Below are positions 11,656-23,384 of a stretch of DNA of 64,000 bases, one piece after another; position 1 is the stretch's first letter; each line of letters opens with the position of its first letter. The notes under the pieces are model-generated. The model saw only the letters and a list, made by a program, of their open reading frames with translations, made no database searches and was not told the DNA's origin. The DNA comes from Craspedostauros australis (Eukaryota), in contig JALAGF010004851.1 of the NCBI GenBank assembly GCA_030167865.1, positions 62,001-126,000 on the forward strand, written 5' to 3'. Position numbers and translations under genes: made by a program.

Positions 11656-11705
11656 GAAGTGAACTGAAGCGAACTGAAGTGAACTGAGCTGGAGTGAAGT
11701 GAACT
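11656..11705 (+). repeat. Degenerate GAAGTGAACT tandem repeat (~5 units)
   Basis: gaagtgaactgaagcgaactgaagtgaactgagctggagtgaagtgaact. Confidence 0.75.
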
Positions 11706-12828
11706 TGGCCAACAGGTGAGGCGAGATGAGTTACACACACACACACACAATGGAGGCTGTTCAGCTGCTCGACGAACCGGGCCTGCGAGTGGAGAGTCGT
11801 TGAGAATGCAAGGAGTCATCGTCAGGGGGGAGGAACGAGCGGAGCCACCACCTCGATGCAGCCAGCGTCATTAGAGGCCTATCGCATTTCACATTCACAC
11901 CCCTGTGTTCATGTCGCATGTGGCACTCACGTTCGGATTTCACATTGGTACTCGTGACTAGTTCGTGACCTAAACATATCGACGACCAACATGACTGAAT
12001 TGGCTTCTCTTCTGTAGAATAGAGTTCGAGTTTAGACTGTTATGATCTGAATGCTTCGTTGCATGTTATCGCATCACTTGTTGAGACCAAAGGACGGTAG
12101 GATCGTTAATGGGTGTGCTCTGAGTTGCACGCAACGCACATCCCTCTTTCTCCTCTTAGGAGCTTCGTGTTGTGAGAGTTTCGCTGCCATCTCTTCTGTC
12201 TCAACTTTGCCACTAACAGAGGTCCGGTAACGTATGCGCAAGCATTTTGTCCCTGATAATTCATGGCTTGTTCAAGGCTCTGTTGCGAATAATGATGGCA
12301 GAGACCTCTTGATCACCGTATCATGGAGATAGATCAGCAGTTTGTTGTCCAATAGAAGCTTTATACGCAGTCTACGCAGAACTATTGCGATTGCGTGTTG
12401 GGTTGGTTGGAGACCACCAACGACTTCCGATATGGCAGTCAGGATCTCCAAAGGATGAACATCCGCCTTGGTCGAAGTTCCTGGTCGTATCTGACTACAC
12501 TAATCCTCAGAGCATCAGCAACACGCCGCGTATGTTGTATCGGATGAAATAGGATATAAGCAAAGAATCCTCAGCTGGATCATGAAGGGAGCCTTTGCTA
12601 TTTGCGCGCGGATATCATAAGTGAAGCTTACAGGCATATTCGACATCGCAATCACTCTCTATTGCTCCATGCACCCCTCATTCGGAATGCTAGTTTCATC
12701 ATCACTAGCATCTCAAAAAATTTTCAATAGCACGACAAGGACGACTCAACATTGCTGCAAATGAAGAGAAATGATTGGCCGTTGGTTTCGTTCCAACACG
12801 TGGAAGGTTGGATTGCCGGGACTGCAAT

Positions 12829-12876
12829 GTGAAACTCAATTGCGTTTTTGGCTCCTAAAACGCAATCGAGTTTCAC
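12829..12876. repeat. Inverted repeat/hairpin: 20-bp stem with 1 mismatch, 8-nt loop
   Basis: Arms gtgaaactcaattgcgtttt (12829-12848) and aaaacgcaatcgagtttcac (12857-12876); loop tggctcct. Confidence 0.9.
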
Positions 12877-14914
12877 TTTCCGAGGGGGAAGTTCGCATGT
12901 TGCCCCTCTAAAAATATCATTATCAGGTTATTTTGTACCGTGGGACTCCCAATGTGAAATGCGATAGGCCTCTATTGTCTCGACGATTTTATGTTGTTCG
13001 GCATGTTCGCCTGGACTGTCGACACAGGCGAGATAACCCCCCGACCGTTGGTCGGAGTAAGTTTGGTTGGGATTCGTGACGATGGTTGCGGTTGCGGTTG
13101 TTGAGAGCGAATATTTCGAGGGAGCAACAACACATGGGAACAATGCTCCAAAAGCCACGAAGCGCAACGGGCCGTTCTCTTGGTTGGCGGAAGAGGAGGG
13201 AAAGACGAAGACAGGAGCGGAGAAGGGAGGGACATTCGGAGAAAAGCGGATTTTATGAAAAGCATCGGTGGCATCCGCTCGTGTTGTGATGAATGATGTC
13301 GTGGATGGACTGCGCAGTCCACCGACCAGTTCCCAACAGCCAACGAGTTTACGTTCACACATGCAGATTCAGTTAAGGACGTCTGTTGGAATGTGCCAAC
13401 GACAAGGCGGTTCATGCGGGAGACAAAACATAGACACCGACAGCCGAGGAAGGCCATCGGAGAATCGCACCACACCACATCGCATCACAAATCACATTCG
13501 AAGAGGCACCCACGAGAAATTTGCCTTTTACGAATCACGTCAAAAATGTTAGCCCAACGGAGAACGTTCCTTCCCCTCGTTGTGTTGTGCTGTGCTGTGT
13601 TGTGGATTGTGTATCGATACTCGCGATAAAACTCAGCACAATAGTACAAGTGGAACGAGTACTACAATGATCTATTATCCCTCCCTGAAGCTGCGCCATC
13701 GGGTCACGCGATGTCATCCGAGGACAGGGATGGATCTTTACTTAGGGTACTCGACTCCCACCTTCCGATTTGAGCTGAGGGGAAATTTAGTGGCTAAACT
13801 GACATCCCATGTGTTCCTGCTTTCTGTTGCTCTTCCTCCACCTCTGTAGACTTGCTATCGCGACATCAACTCTGTGAAAAAACTAAAATGAGTATCCAGC
13901 GCCAAGAGAGCCTAGTCGCATTGCCATCATCATCATCATCATCACCTCCATGGTTCTGCTTTGATTTGTGAGATGCAGTCTTCATCCATTCGTATGGCAT
14001 CTTGATTCACTCGTTTAGCAGCAATTGAATCGACAGTTCTGTCAGGTGAAGCAAGGGTCATCGGCATGCCTTGTCTTGTTGCTCGTGGTCGTTCTTGGGT
14101 GGGATCTTGCGAGCCCTGGGAGATTCAAAGAGAGATAGAGGAGCATCTGGAAGGATTGCTATCCTCCGCCTTCGCCGGGCAGGGGGACGAGGAGGGCGGG
14201 ACTTCATGCTTCCTTCGCATGTGTGTCAGTGGATGTCTTCGTGACCCATCGTTATGCAACGGACAGATGGGGACGCAGGCGTTACCGTGTGGTGCATTTC
14301 CAACGGATAATCGAACCTCCTTTTTTCGGATATGGTTTTTATTAATGACTAAATACTACATACCCTCAGCGACATCGCGTGTGACTTGACACGTTCTAAA
14401 CATATCTGTTGGAACGAGCCAGCCAGCGGGGTGCGCCGCCATGAAATATTGCATCCAACCATTACGGCGCCACGCAGACTTTATTGTGAGTTCCCTGAAC
14501 ACGGGCCACAACATCGCCAGGAACAGCAACAGCGCGTGCTCTTGTTCGTCGACCAGGCAAGGCAGCCCCCTCCCTCCTGCATCCAACGAATACACGAGTG
14601 TACCCGGAATTGTGCTCTGCTCCCAATTCGCAACACACAACGCATCGTACCAGAGTGGGGGTGCCCGCACCAGCATCATCGTCGCCATCATCGTCACAAC
14701 TTGGCCATCAATCCGCGCGACAATCGCAGCATTGCTATCCTTGGGATCCTTGTGTCTATAATTCTGCGATCGGAGTCTCCATCAAGCCTTTCGAGTTGGA
14801 CCAACAGCAGCAGCAATACTCCACCACGACAGCTACGGCCTATACCAAACACCACTGGTGTTCTGTTAGCAACAGCAGCAAAGCAGACGAAAAGAGAAGC
14901 GGAAATTCGAGAAG

Positions 14915-17149
14915 ATGGCATCCACAATGAGCGAGACTGTGCTGAAGGACGGTCGCATCCTGCCATCGGCCAGCCAAGACAACGGGGACAAGATGATGAG
15001 AGGCCAGGCCGAGAACGAGGGCGTGGAGGTGGTCCTGGGCGGCGACAAGATGGGGGACAGCATGATGGGAACCTCCCCTCGCGCATCGCAAGACCAGAAT
15101 GTGTTCCGTCCGCCGCGTCCTGTCCGACCTCGCGCCGTCCGAGCGCAGGGAGCAGCAGGAGCACCGTCATCGCACGTCCCAAGCACCGGTTCCTTCGGAG
15201 GGTACGGGCACCGACACCCAGCTGCCGACTACGCGCACCGATCGCCGTACGCAGTCCCATACAACCCATCGGGCTCCTTTGACGACGGCTACCACTCCCA
15301 GAGCCACCAGAGCCACCAGAGCCACTACAGTCCCCACGCCAACTACCCCCATCCAGGAAGTCAGGCCGATGCGGTCAACGTCATCTCACCGAGCCACAAG
15401 CCCGGCGCAACCACCAGCCCCACGAGACCACCATCGCACCATGCCCGCCAACACTACCAGTACCCGCCAGCATCGCCTGTCAGCCGTCCAGAGGCACCCG
15501 TGACGAGCGCTTCGTCTCCGCCAAGGCTGCGGAGGTACGGCATGCCGCCGCGCGAAGGACCGTACTCTGCGGCGCAGCGAGGTGCAGCCCATCCAGCCGG
15601 ACCCAGCGCAGGCAGACCGGAGGATGAACACCACCAGTACCAGTACCCACCTCCGCCACCGCCCAATGGACCCAGGGGCGGACCGCCGGTGGTCGCAGAC
15701 TCCTTCGACTCGGACCACTACTCGGCCCATCACTCGCACGCCTCCCATCCTTCCCACCCAACAACACCGGATGTGCCGCACTACGCACCGCCACGAAGCG
15801 ACTACCGCGCTCCTCCGCAGTACAGCGGCAGCTCCTTCGGCACCGGCAGCTTCGACAGCCACGGACCATCTCGCTACGATGACTACCGCTACTCAGGCTA
15901 CTCGCCGCACCGCCAACCGGAATCGCCCTATCCAAGGTACCCCTCCTCCTACTCCGCATACTCCCCAGGCGGCTACTACGATTCGTACCAGTCGCCCTAC
16001 CCGGAGTACAACCGCAGCATGACGAGAGGCCCGCATGGCTACGACGACATGGGCCGTCACGGGTACGGCTCGAAGGCCATCTCGCCCGAGAAGGCGAGCA
16101 ACGGGATGCTCCTGCCAGCAGCGGCCCACGAGATCGACTTCGAGGTCACCGACCCTCCGATGGAGCCGGTGACGCCCCCGTCCCTCAAACCAGTATGCGA
16201 CTCACCAGGCAATGTCAACGCCTTCGATGTCCTCCTCGGCCGTGGGGGAGGCACGAACTCGCAGATTGGAAACAGGAGATTCCGCAAGCTTGTGCAGGAA
16301 TTCCAGCCAACCTACCTCATGGCCAGACGCAAGGAGAAGCCCTTGCTGGCACGCACCATCGTCCTCATCATCCGAAAGCGCGGTGGCCGTTTCTTGAAGA
16401 AGAACGACGAAAGCGGCCACCTCTACGAGGTCGGCGACGCCAAGGCGGAGGCCAAGACATCGCAGGCCCTACGGGAAGGGCTGGATGTCAGAGCGACCCG
16501 CAGCGCCACCAACGCCGACAAGAAGAAGAAGAAGAAGGCCAAGAACCCAGATGGCTCCGACAAGGCACCTGACACACCAGCTGGCGCTTCGACCACGACC
16601 AGCGCAGCAGACACACCAGGAACCGCAGCTTCGGCAGGCGACTCGCCAGGTGCCCACATGAAGATGGACGATGAAGACGACCACGACGATGACAACAACA
16701 GCACCGCCAATCGTCGTGAAGGCAGCATGCTGAACTCTCCTCCGATACTGCCGAAGCTGCAGGGGGAGAAGCCGGCCGAACACAAGACCGCCACCCGCCC
16801 AGGGTCGCCGGACAACATGCACTTCCGTAAGCGAAGGCGTGTGCGTTCCGGAGATGGATCCAGAACCGTCATGGGCAGCCTGCACGACAAGCTGTTCTCC
16901 GAGTTCTGCCCCCCACGCGCCGATCTTGCCCGCGCCCCAAGCCCCATCGCAGACGATTCGTCGGTCGTGAAGACACCAGAGCGACCGCGTGCGGCTGCTG
17001 AGAAGCAGAACGACGATGAAGACGCCGCCTTCCAGGCCGCCCAGTGCAACACAGCAGGTGGATGCGCAGGCATCGCCCTGGACGTCGTCACGGGAGCTGC
17101 ATCCGGCAGCTTCTTCCTTGGCCCACGCAAGTGGAAATCGGAACAGTGA
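14915..17149 (+). CDS. DUF6824-domain protein with long Tyr/His/Pro-rich disordered N-half and poly-Lys NLS-like tract; 744 aa
   Basis: DVLLGRGGGTNSQIGNRRFRKLVQ...IIRKRGGRFLKK...EVGDAKAEAKTSQALRE is the DUF6824 signature, followed by KKKKKK. Single long ORF with strong codon bias. Confidence 0.88.
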   Translation: MASTMSETVLKDGRILPSASQDNGDKMMRGQAENEGVEVVLGGDKMGDSMMGTSPRASQDQNVFRPPRPVRPRAVRAQGAAGAPSSHVPSTGSFGGYGHRHPAADYAHRSPYAVPYNPSGSFDDGYHSQSHQSHQSHYSPHANYPHPGSQADAVNVISPSHKPGATTSPTRPPSHHARQHYQYPPASPVSRPEAPVTSASSPPRLRRYGMPPREGPYSAAQRGAAHPAGPSAGRPEDEHHQYQYPPPPPPNGPRGGPPVVADSFDSDHYSAHHSHASHPSHPTTPDVPHYAPPRSDYRAPPQYSGSSFGTGSFDSHGPSRYDDYRYSGYSPHRQPESPYPRYPSSYSAYSPGGYYDSYQSPYPEYNRSMTRGPHGYDDMGRHGYGSKAISPEKASNGMLLPAAAHEIDFEVTDPPMEPVTPPSLKPVCDSPGNVNAFDVLLGRGGGTNSQIGNRRFRKLVQEFQPTYLMARRKEKPLLARTIVLIIRKRGGRFLKKNDESGHLYEVGDAKAEAKTSQALREGLDVRATRSATNADKKKKKKAKNPDGSDKAPDTPAGASTTTSAADTPGTAASAGDSPGAHMKMDDEDDHDDDNNSTANRREGSMLNSPPILPKLQGEKPAEHKTATRPGSPDNMHFRKRRRVRSGDGSRTVMGSLHDKLFSEFCPPRADLARAPSPIADDSSVVKTPERPRAAAEKQNDDEDAAFQAAQCNTAGGCAGIALDVVTGAASGSFFLGPRKWKSEQ

Positions 17150-18191
17150 ACGCTACCTCACGCTGGGACCGCGTTATGAAGTCACAATCCGATGCAGTGA
17201 TCCTTCCGGCGCATCCAATCCATTGCGACGAAGACACACGATCACGAAGGGAGTAACACACACCACCACCAACAACAGCAGCAACGCCAACAACTGCAGT
17301 GGCAGCAATAATCACCACTGCAGCAGCAAATAGCAAACTAAAGATTTAGACAGGGGATGAAAATCAACACGATACAATGAGGTTTGTTGTTCTACTTGTC
17401 GAAGGTCGAGATCGCTCTTCGGAAGGAGGCGTGGGCTATCCCAAAGAGTCGCATGGTGGGTCTCCCTCTCTCGACGCAAGATACGAAAGTTGGCGCGAAG
17501 GCAGTGCCGCAATAGCAGGTTTCCCAAGGTGTCTCAAATCTGCACGAGTAATGGACCATGGCTATCCCGACTATTCCCAGCATCTTCCTTGGCGCAAGCC
17601 AGAGTCAATGTTGTATTCAAAGCGATGGGGATCCCAATACTCATACATACTCGTACGGCATGTGCATGTACATCGATTTTTGGACTCTCTCGTATGCAGC
17701 GTTTCCATGCGCTGCATGTATGGTGCTTTTACAAACTAAAATCAACGACGATTCCACACTATTGATTGGTAAGCCACCTTCTATGGACAGAGATGGAGGT
17801 GAAGGTGAAGAGGAGGCGAAGCATTGGTCGGTGGATAGTTGTATTATCGTGAAAAGGTGGCTGTGCTGATTACGAGGCGCATCACGCACGTCAGTCCTCC
17901 CTCCGTATCGCTATCACCAATCCAATTTCCGGCCCGTTTTTTTTTTGGCTGGCGGAGGACCACCTGTTTTGACACGAAGCAGGACAAACAGGTGGTGTTG
18001 CCGTTTTGTCGCAGTGCGCAACGCTGTCGCCATTGGCAAAATCCAACGCCATGGAAACGACATAAATTCATCATAACACAGAAAATCGCATCTTCGTTTG
18101 GCGCAGTGATCATTGGGCAATTGGACGAGACAGCTACAGACCATACATACACAAACCAACCACCAAGCAGCAGACAAAGTCAATACACGCC

Positions 18192-20622
18192 ATGGCCGAC
18201 AGAGAACGTTCCCGTTCCCGCTCCCCGGAGCGTGGAGCCCCACCGGCTGATGCGGATCAGAGCAACGAACCACCGGCCGGAGGACCAGCCGATGGCAACC
18301 CACCACCAAGCGGTGACAACTCCGGCCCAGCCGGAGATGCCGGAGGCGGTGACGAGGTGAAGCTTTACGTCGGCAACCTGGATTACTGTACGTTACATTT
18401 GTCGACTGACGCGAGGGTTTGGACGTTGGGCGAACACAGCACAACACGACTGCAGCTGTGTGTCTGTCATACACAATGATCCACGATTTGCTTTGTTGAT
18501 TGCTGGTTTGCCTCCTTTGCTCACACCCACCACCTTCTTGCCTGTTCCCTTTTTACTCGTGACGTTGACACACGCATTCCTGAAAACATCATCGATCCAC
18601 CGATTCATCCATCCGTCCCTCCTCTCCTTCATGCATTCCTTGACTGTCATCGGTCTCCTCTTCCAATCCTCAAATCATATCCATTCGGCTCGACTCGATT
18701 CGATTCCGCGCCTCCCGATTTGATGCAACGGTTCCGCACACCCACACACACGCCCGCACTCTCCTGGGACTCGGGTTTGGATCCATACGTACATGCACCT
18801 GTGCACGTGTACGTATTCGCACTGATGATCTATCTCAATCGAACTCCCACGCCGACCCGTACTTGATCACAATCGATACGTTCACAGCGACCGACGAGAA
18901 GAGATTGAGAGAAGAGTTCGGCCAGTTTGGAACCATCTCGGAGGTCTTCCTCCCAACCGACCGTCACACTCAGCGTCCACGCGGATTCGGATTCGTCACA
19001 TTCGCCGGCCGTGATGCTGCTGAGAAGGCCATCGACAAGATGGACCAGACGCAGCTCGATGGCCGCACTATCCGCGTGAACGAGTCCAGACCAAAGGGCG
19101 AGCGCCGCCCAGGATTGGGTCCAGGCGGCAACGGTGGATTTAACGAAGCCGGGAAGGTGGAGGTGAAGCTTTACGTTGGAAACTTGTCCTTCGACACACC
19201 AGAGGGCGACATCCGCGGCCTCTTCGAGCAGCATGGAACAGTCTCCGATTGCTTCATGCCAACCGACCGAGACACAGGAAAGGTCCGAGGATTCTGCTTT
19301 GTCACAATGCCATCGGCAGACGCCGAGCAGGCCTGCAGCAAGCTCAACGGCCACGAGCTCGACGGAAGACCACTCCGCGTCAACGAGGCTCAACCTCGTG
19401 GATCTGGCGGCGGTGGCCGAGGCGGATACCATGATGGCGGCGGCGGCGGCGGAGGCTACGGTGGTGGCGGTTACAGTGGCGGCGGCGGCGGCTACGGAGG
19501 GTGAGTTCCAAGACCACTCCACACAAGAATGGCCAGAATCCATACTGGTTCCTGCCGTTTCTACGCTGAGCTGATCAACGCTGCAGGACTATCCTGTGCT
19601 GGATTGTGCAGAGCTATGTCACGCTGCGCTTCTCAGCGTCATGCACACCAACTCTTGTCTGTACGCGTCCGTGTCTCTGACAACCAGCTCACATTATATC
19701 CTTCTCGTGCTTTCCTCGCTATTTTGTTGCGCTCCATCCCATTCCATTCTTTCATGATCATTCAACCCAATGCTCATGTGTACCATATTCAATCTTGAAC
19801 AACAGTGGCGGCGGCTACAGCGGTGGTGGTGGCTACGGCGGCGGAGGTGGCTACGGAGACCGGTAAGTCTTGGAGCAGCGACCGGAACAGCATCGGAGTA
19901 CTTGCTCCGGAGCGCCCATTATTTTACCCCACTACATGACTGATCACTTCATGCCAACAAGATACTCACATCCCTTCCTGCGCACTTTCGTCTACTTGTT
20001 GATGCGCTCCTTTGCTCGCATTTCTACGCCCTCCTGATCGCGCATCTCTTGCACACAAAACAAACAAACAAACGAACAACGCACCCTGCTTCTACAACAC
20101 TCCACAACATTACACTACAGTGGAGGCGGCGGTGGCGGCTACGATGACCGTGGAGGCTACGGCGGTGGTGGTGGTGGATACGGCGGCGGTGGCGGCGGCG
20201 GCTACGGCGACAGAGGTGGTGGATACGGCGATCGTGGTGGACGGTAAGTATTCACACGAATTCGTTCGTTTGTTGCTTTGCTGTTCCCTCCCTTTCGCCG
20301 GGATGGATACCTCGACTCGATTATACCATACTATCCTTTGGCTGATTGATACCCCCGTTTTGGAGGCCCATACTCGAACATTGCACCCATTTCTCCCTTC
20401 GGTTGTCTTCAAGCGACTCATCTCTTCACGTACCTTTCTGATTTCGTTCTCGTGAACTCTTACAGTGGTGGATACGATGACTACAACCGCGGCAGCAGCG
20501 GCGGTGGTGGCGGCGGAGGATACGGAGGTGGCGGCGGAAGCGGCTACAGCGACCGGGGTGGCTACAGTGACCGCGGTGGATACAGCGGCGGCGGTGGAGG
20601 CGGTTACAACGACCGCTTCTAA
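18192..20622 (+). CDS. Glycine-rich RNA-binding protein with two RRMs and Gly/Tyr/RGG tail; 5 exons (18192-18387, 18888-19500, 19806-19862, 20121-20243, 20466-20622), 381 aa
   Basis: RNP2 KLYVGNL occurs twice; RNP1 RGFGFVTF and RGFCFVTM. N-terminal RSRSRSPER. All four introns are GT..AG (donors GTACGT, GTGAGT, GTAAGT, GTAAGT; acceptors CAG) and join in frame to ...GGYNDRF-TAA. Confidence 0.92.
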
Positions 20623-22053
20623 GCACACCGTGCCGCTGGGAAAGCGGAGGACGCAGTAATATGAGATTTCAGTTCAGATTTACACATTTCGTTGTTGGGT
20701 TGGCTGGCGCAGGGGACGGCAGGCACTACTCTGGGTTACCAACCACGTGGGCGGCCTGGAGTCTCCGAATCTGATTCTGTTCGTGTGGTTGGCACATTGG
20801 CTGGCTGACTCGCAGGCGTCCTGGCAATATCATATCCTTCCTTCCATCGGCTGAGATGAGCTGAGATGATCTGAGTTCCGTTTTGATAGAGTTGAGATGA
20901 GACGAGCTGAGCTGACTTGGGTGTTCCGGAGGGAGGGATTCGAATGGATTCTGTTGAGTGGGAAAACAGACAGTGGGATCCATCCTTTCGATTACTGCAC
21001 ATTTCCGGTGAGTTGAGCCCAGCTTTCTTCCATTTCATCCGTGTCCCTTGTGGTCAGAGTCCAATGAGTTGCTCGATACATCACGTGCTTGATCGATCTG
21101 GATTGAGTGGAGTCAAGTCTGGTGGAGCCGAACAAGCCGGGATTTGGATTGATCTCATCATCGCCATGGTATCAGCTGGACACGAAGAGGAATGGGTAAG
21201 TACATATGTATGGTATGACCTGGACGGTCTCGGCAATTGAAACTTGTAAAATAGCAACTCCTCTACGTATGGGTACTCTGCGGATGCGATGATGCGACCT
21301 GGAGAAGTGTTGGTATCCCTGACTTGTCCTCCACATGCAACTCCCCGGCCAGGCAGATGGACTTTTGCACGCATGAAATGCCTTGGGGCAGAGCAGACGT
21401 CGCCAGGACGCAACTTGTGCTCTGGGCGAAAGTGGAGATTGGATCATGGTCTCAACCGAGGATTACCGAGATTGCAGGAGGATGAGGATCCGCGGCTGGG
21501 TCTGATCGTCTGATGGTCAGCATATCCTCTGCAACACAAGGAGCGTTCCCGATTTCTCGTGACTCATACCCGCGCACATGGCGAAGAAGGCAACCAAACA
21601 CGCGATGGCAATTGTTCTGTTCCCGTACAAATACTGACAGAAACCCTGTAAACACCGCTGTTGCGGAGAGTCGAAGAGGCAAATGGAAATCGAAAGAGAT
21701 CCATGCGAAGAGTTGCATGACAACCGATCACGTGACAGGAATCTGGAGCAGCATGACACAAAGCATACTCGTACTCTGGCACGTGAGACAAGCAGCAACA
21801 AGACCAGACACCGATTCACGCTGATGCAAACAGAGAGCAGGATCGAGCGCAGACACTCAACTTGGGGCGCCTTGAACAATCGCCAATCCACCCATAAACA
21901 TGACCTCAACAACGACTTCCTGACACTAGATGCTTCTCAGTACCACCAAGCCAAATCACACCACATCAAACCACACTCAACTCAACTAAACCAATTCAAA
22001 CCTCATATAATATTATATTCTATTATATAATAATACAATATCATACGAGGAGG

Positions 22054-22636
22054 ATGAATCAAGCCGAGCCTCAACGAGAACCACTTGCCTGGTCGCGTTG
22101 GCCAGACACGAAGGAGTACCCAAGGGACATGTGCATGGAAATGGATATCTCCGAACATGCGTCCGACGCAACCAACGACACCGCAATGACAACGTCGTTG
22201 CTCAAAGTCAATGACGGCAACGCACAGGAATGGGCCAAGTTCCGACAGAAATTCGAATCCATGATGGCCGCGAAGGGCGCGACGACCGCAGCGCAAAGGA
22301 TCATGCATCTCAACACCCTGCTGAAGGAGGGTGGCTATGTGGCAACACCGAACCACGGTGCGGGCATCCTCGCTGCAGGAGCACTCTTCTTTCTGCATGC
22401 TGCGAATGCATGGCAGCGCGTGGGGAAATCACCTGCCTGGCTGCCGCGTCTGTCGTTGATGCCTCGTCCGAATGCGGCCGCATCGATCGAGTCCGAATCG
22501 ATGGACATCTCGGATATGGCATGTCCATACGATGATGGCAGCCAGCCTCCCGATTTGGATGGATGCTCTCACAATCAGCCATTCCATGCGTCCAGCAGCT
22601 CCCACCTTGAGACGAAAGCCAACACCAACGCCAATA

Positions 22637-22667
<31 letters not shown>

Positions 22668-22824
22668 CAACAACAACAACAACTGGATGCAAAGAGACAT
22701 GCCAACCGACATCAACAAGAAACGAAAGCAATACGAGGATTGTGGACCTTCCACGACGAACAAGCGCTGCAGACTGGAGTGGACGAATCAGCCATCGCCA
22801 TCGAGCAATGGCTTGATCAAATGA
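22054..22824 (+). CDS. Hypothetical protein, 256 aa, with poly-Ser/poly-Asn and basic NLS-like clusters
   Basis: ATG-initiated ORF directly after an AT-rich patch; KKRK and KRCR clusters; no recognisable domain. Confidence 0.45.
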
Positions 22825-23384
22825 ATGAGAGGACCCAACCAAGCGAGTAATATTAGAGCATGTAACAAAATAGTAGTCGAGTGCGCAAGCATACGCGTAC
22901 GACATCAAACAGGATGGAAATGTAGTTTAACCTCTTCTCTCTACAAAACACTAGCATTCGATACCACAATGACAAGAATGAACATTAAGTATACCACATG
23001 TAGAGTATCCTTGACGAATACGTCAGAGAGAAAGACGGTGACGAACACATCTCCCACCTTTTGTGGCAGAAAGCATCGATGATCGCGACACGTTCGTGCG
23101 TTGTTGTTGCCATCAAAGGAAAGAACTTGGGTTGGTTCGGAATTGTGTCCACGAGCACTCACGAGCACAGAAGAAGAGATCAATAACGACCGCCGATCTG
23201 ACGGCATCAAATGCAACAAGAAATGAACAAGAGAGGATACCGAGATCAACAAGAGATCAAGAATAGAGAGTGCCTGCCACAACCACTTTTCCAACCCACA
23301 CCGACCACTGTGTCAATCACTAGCAATAGCAATAGCAATAGCAATGCCAGCACGATGCATTCCCAAGGAGTATGCGAACGCAAG

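Noticed and set aside
13515..13540. GCCTTTTAC matching U5 snRNA loop 1
   Set aside because: Flanks form only ~3 bp of stem and I see no U5 stem architecture or Sm site; likely chance.
14386..15282. 298-aa ORF overlapping the start of the DUF6824 gene
   Set aside because: Non-ATG start, low-complexity leader sequence running into an alternate frame of the real CDS.
20012..20659. Ala/Val/Thr-rich ORFs ([16 protein letters not shown]...)
   Set aside because: Wrong-frame readings of the Gly-rich exons 4 and 5 of the RRM gene.
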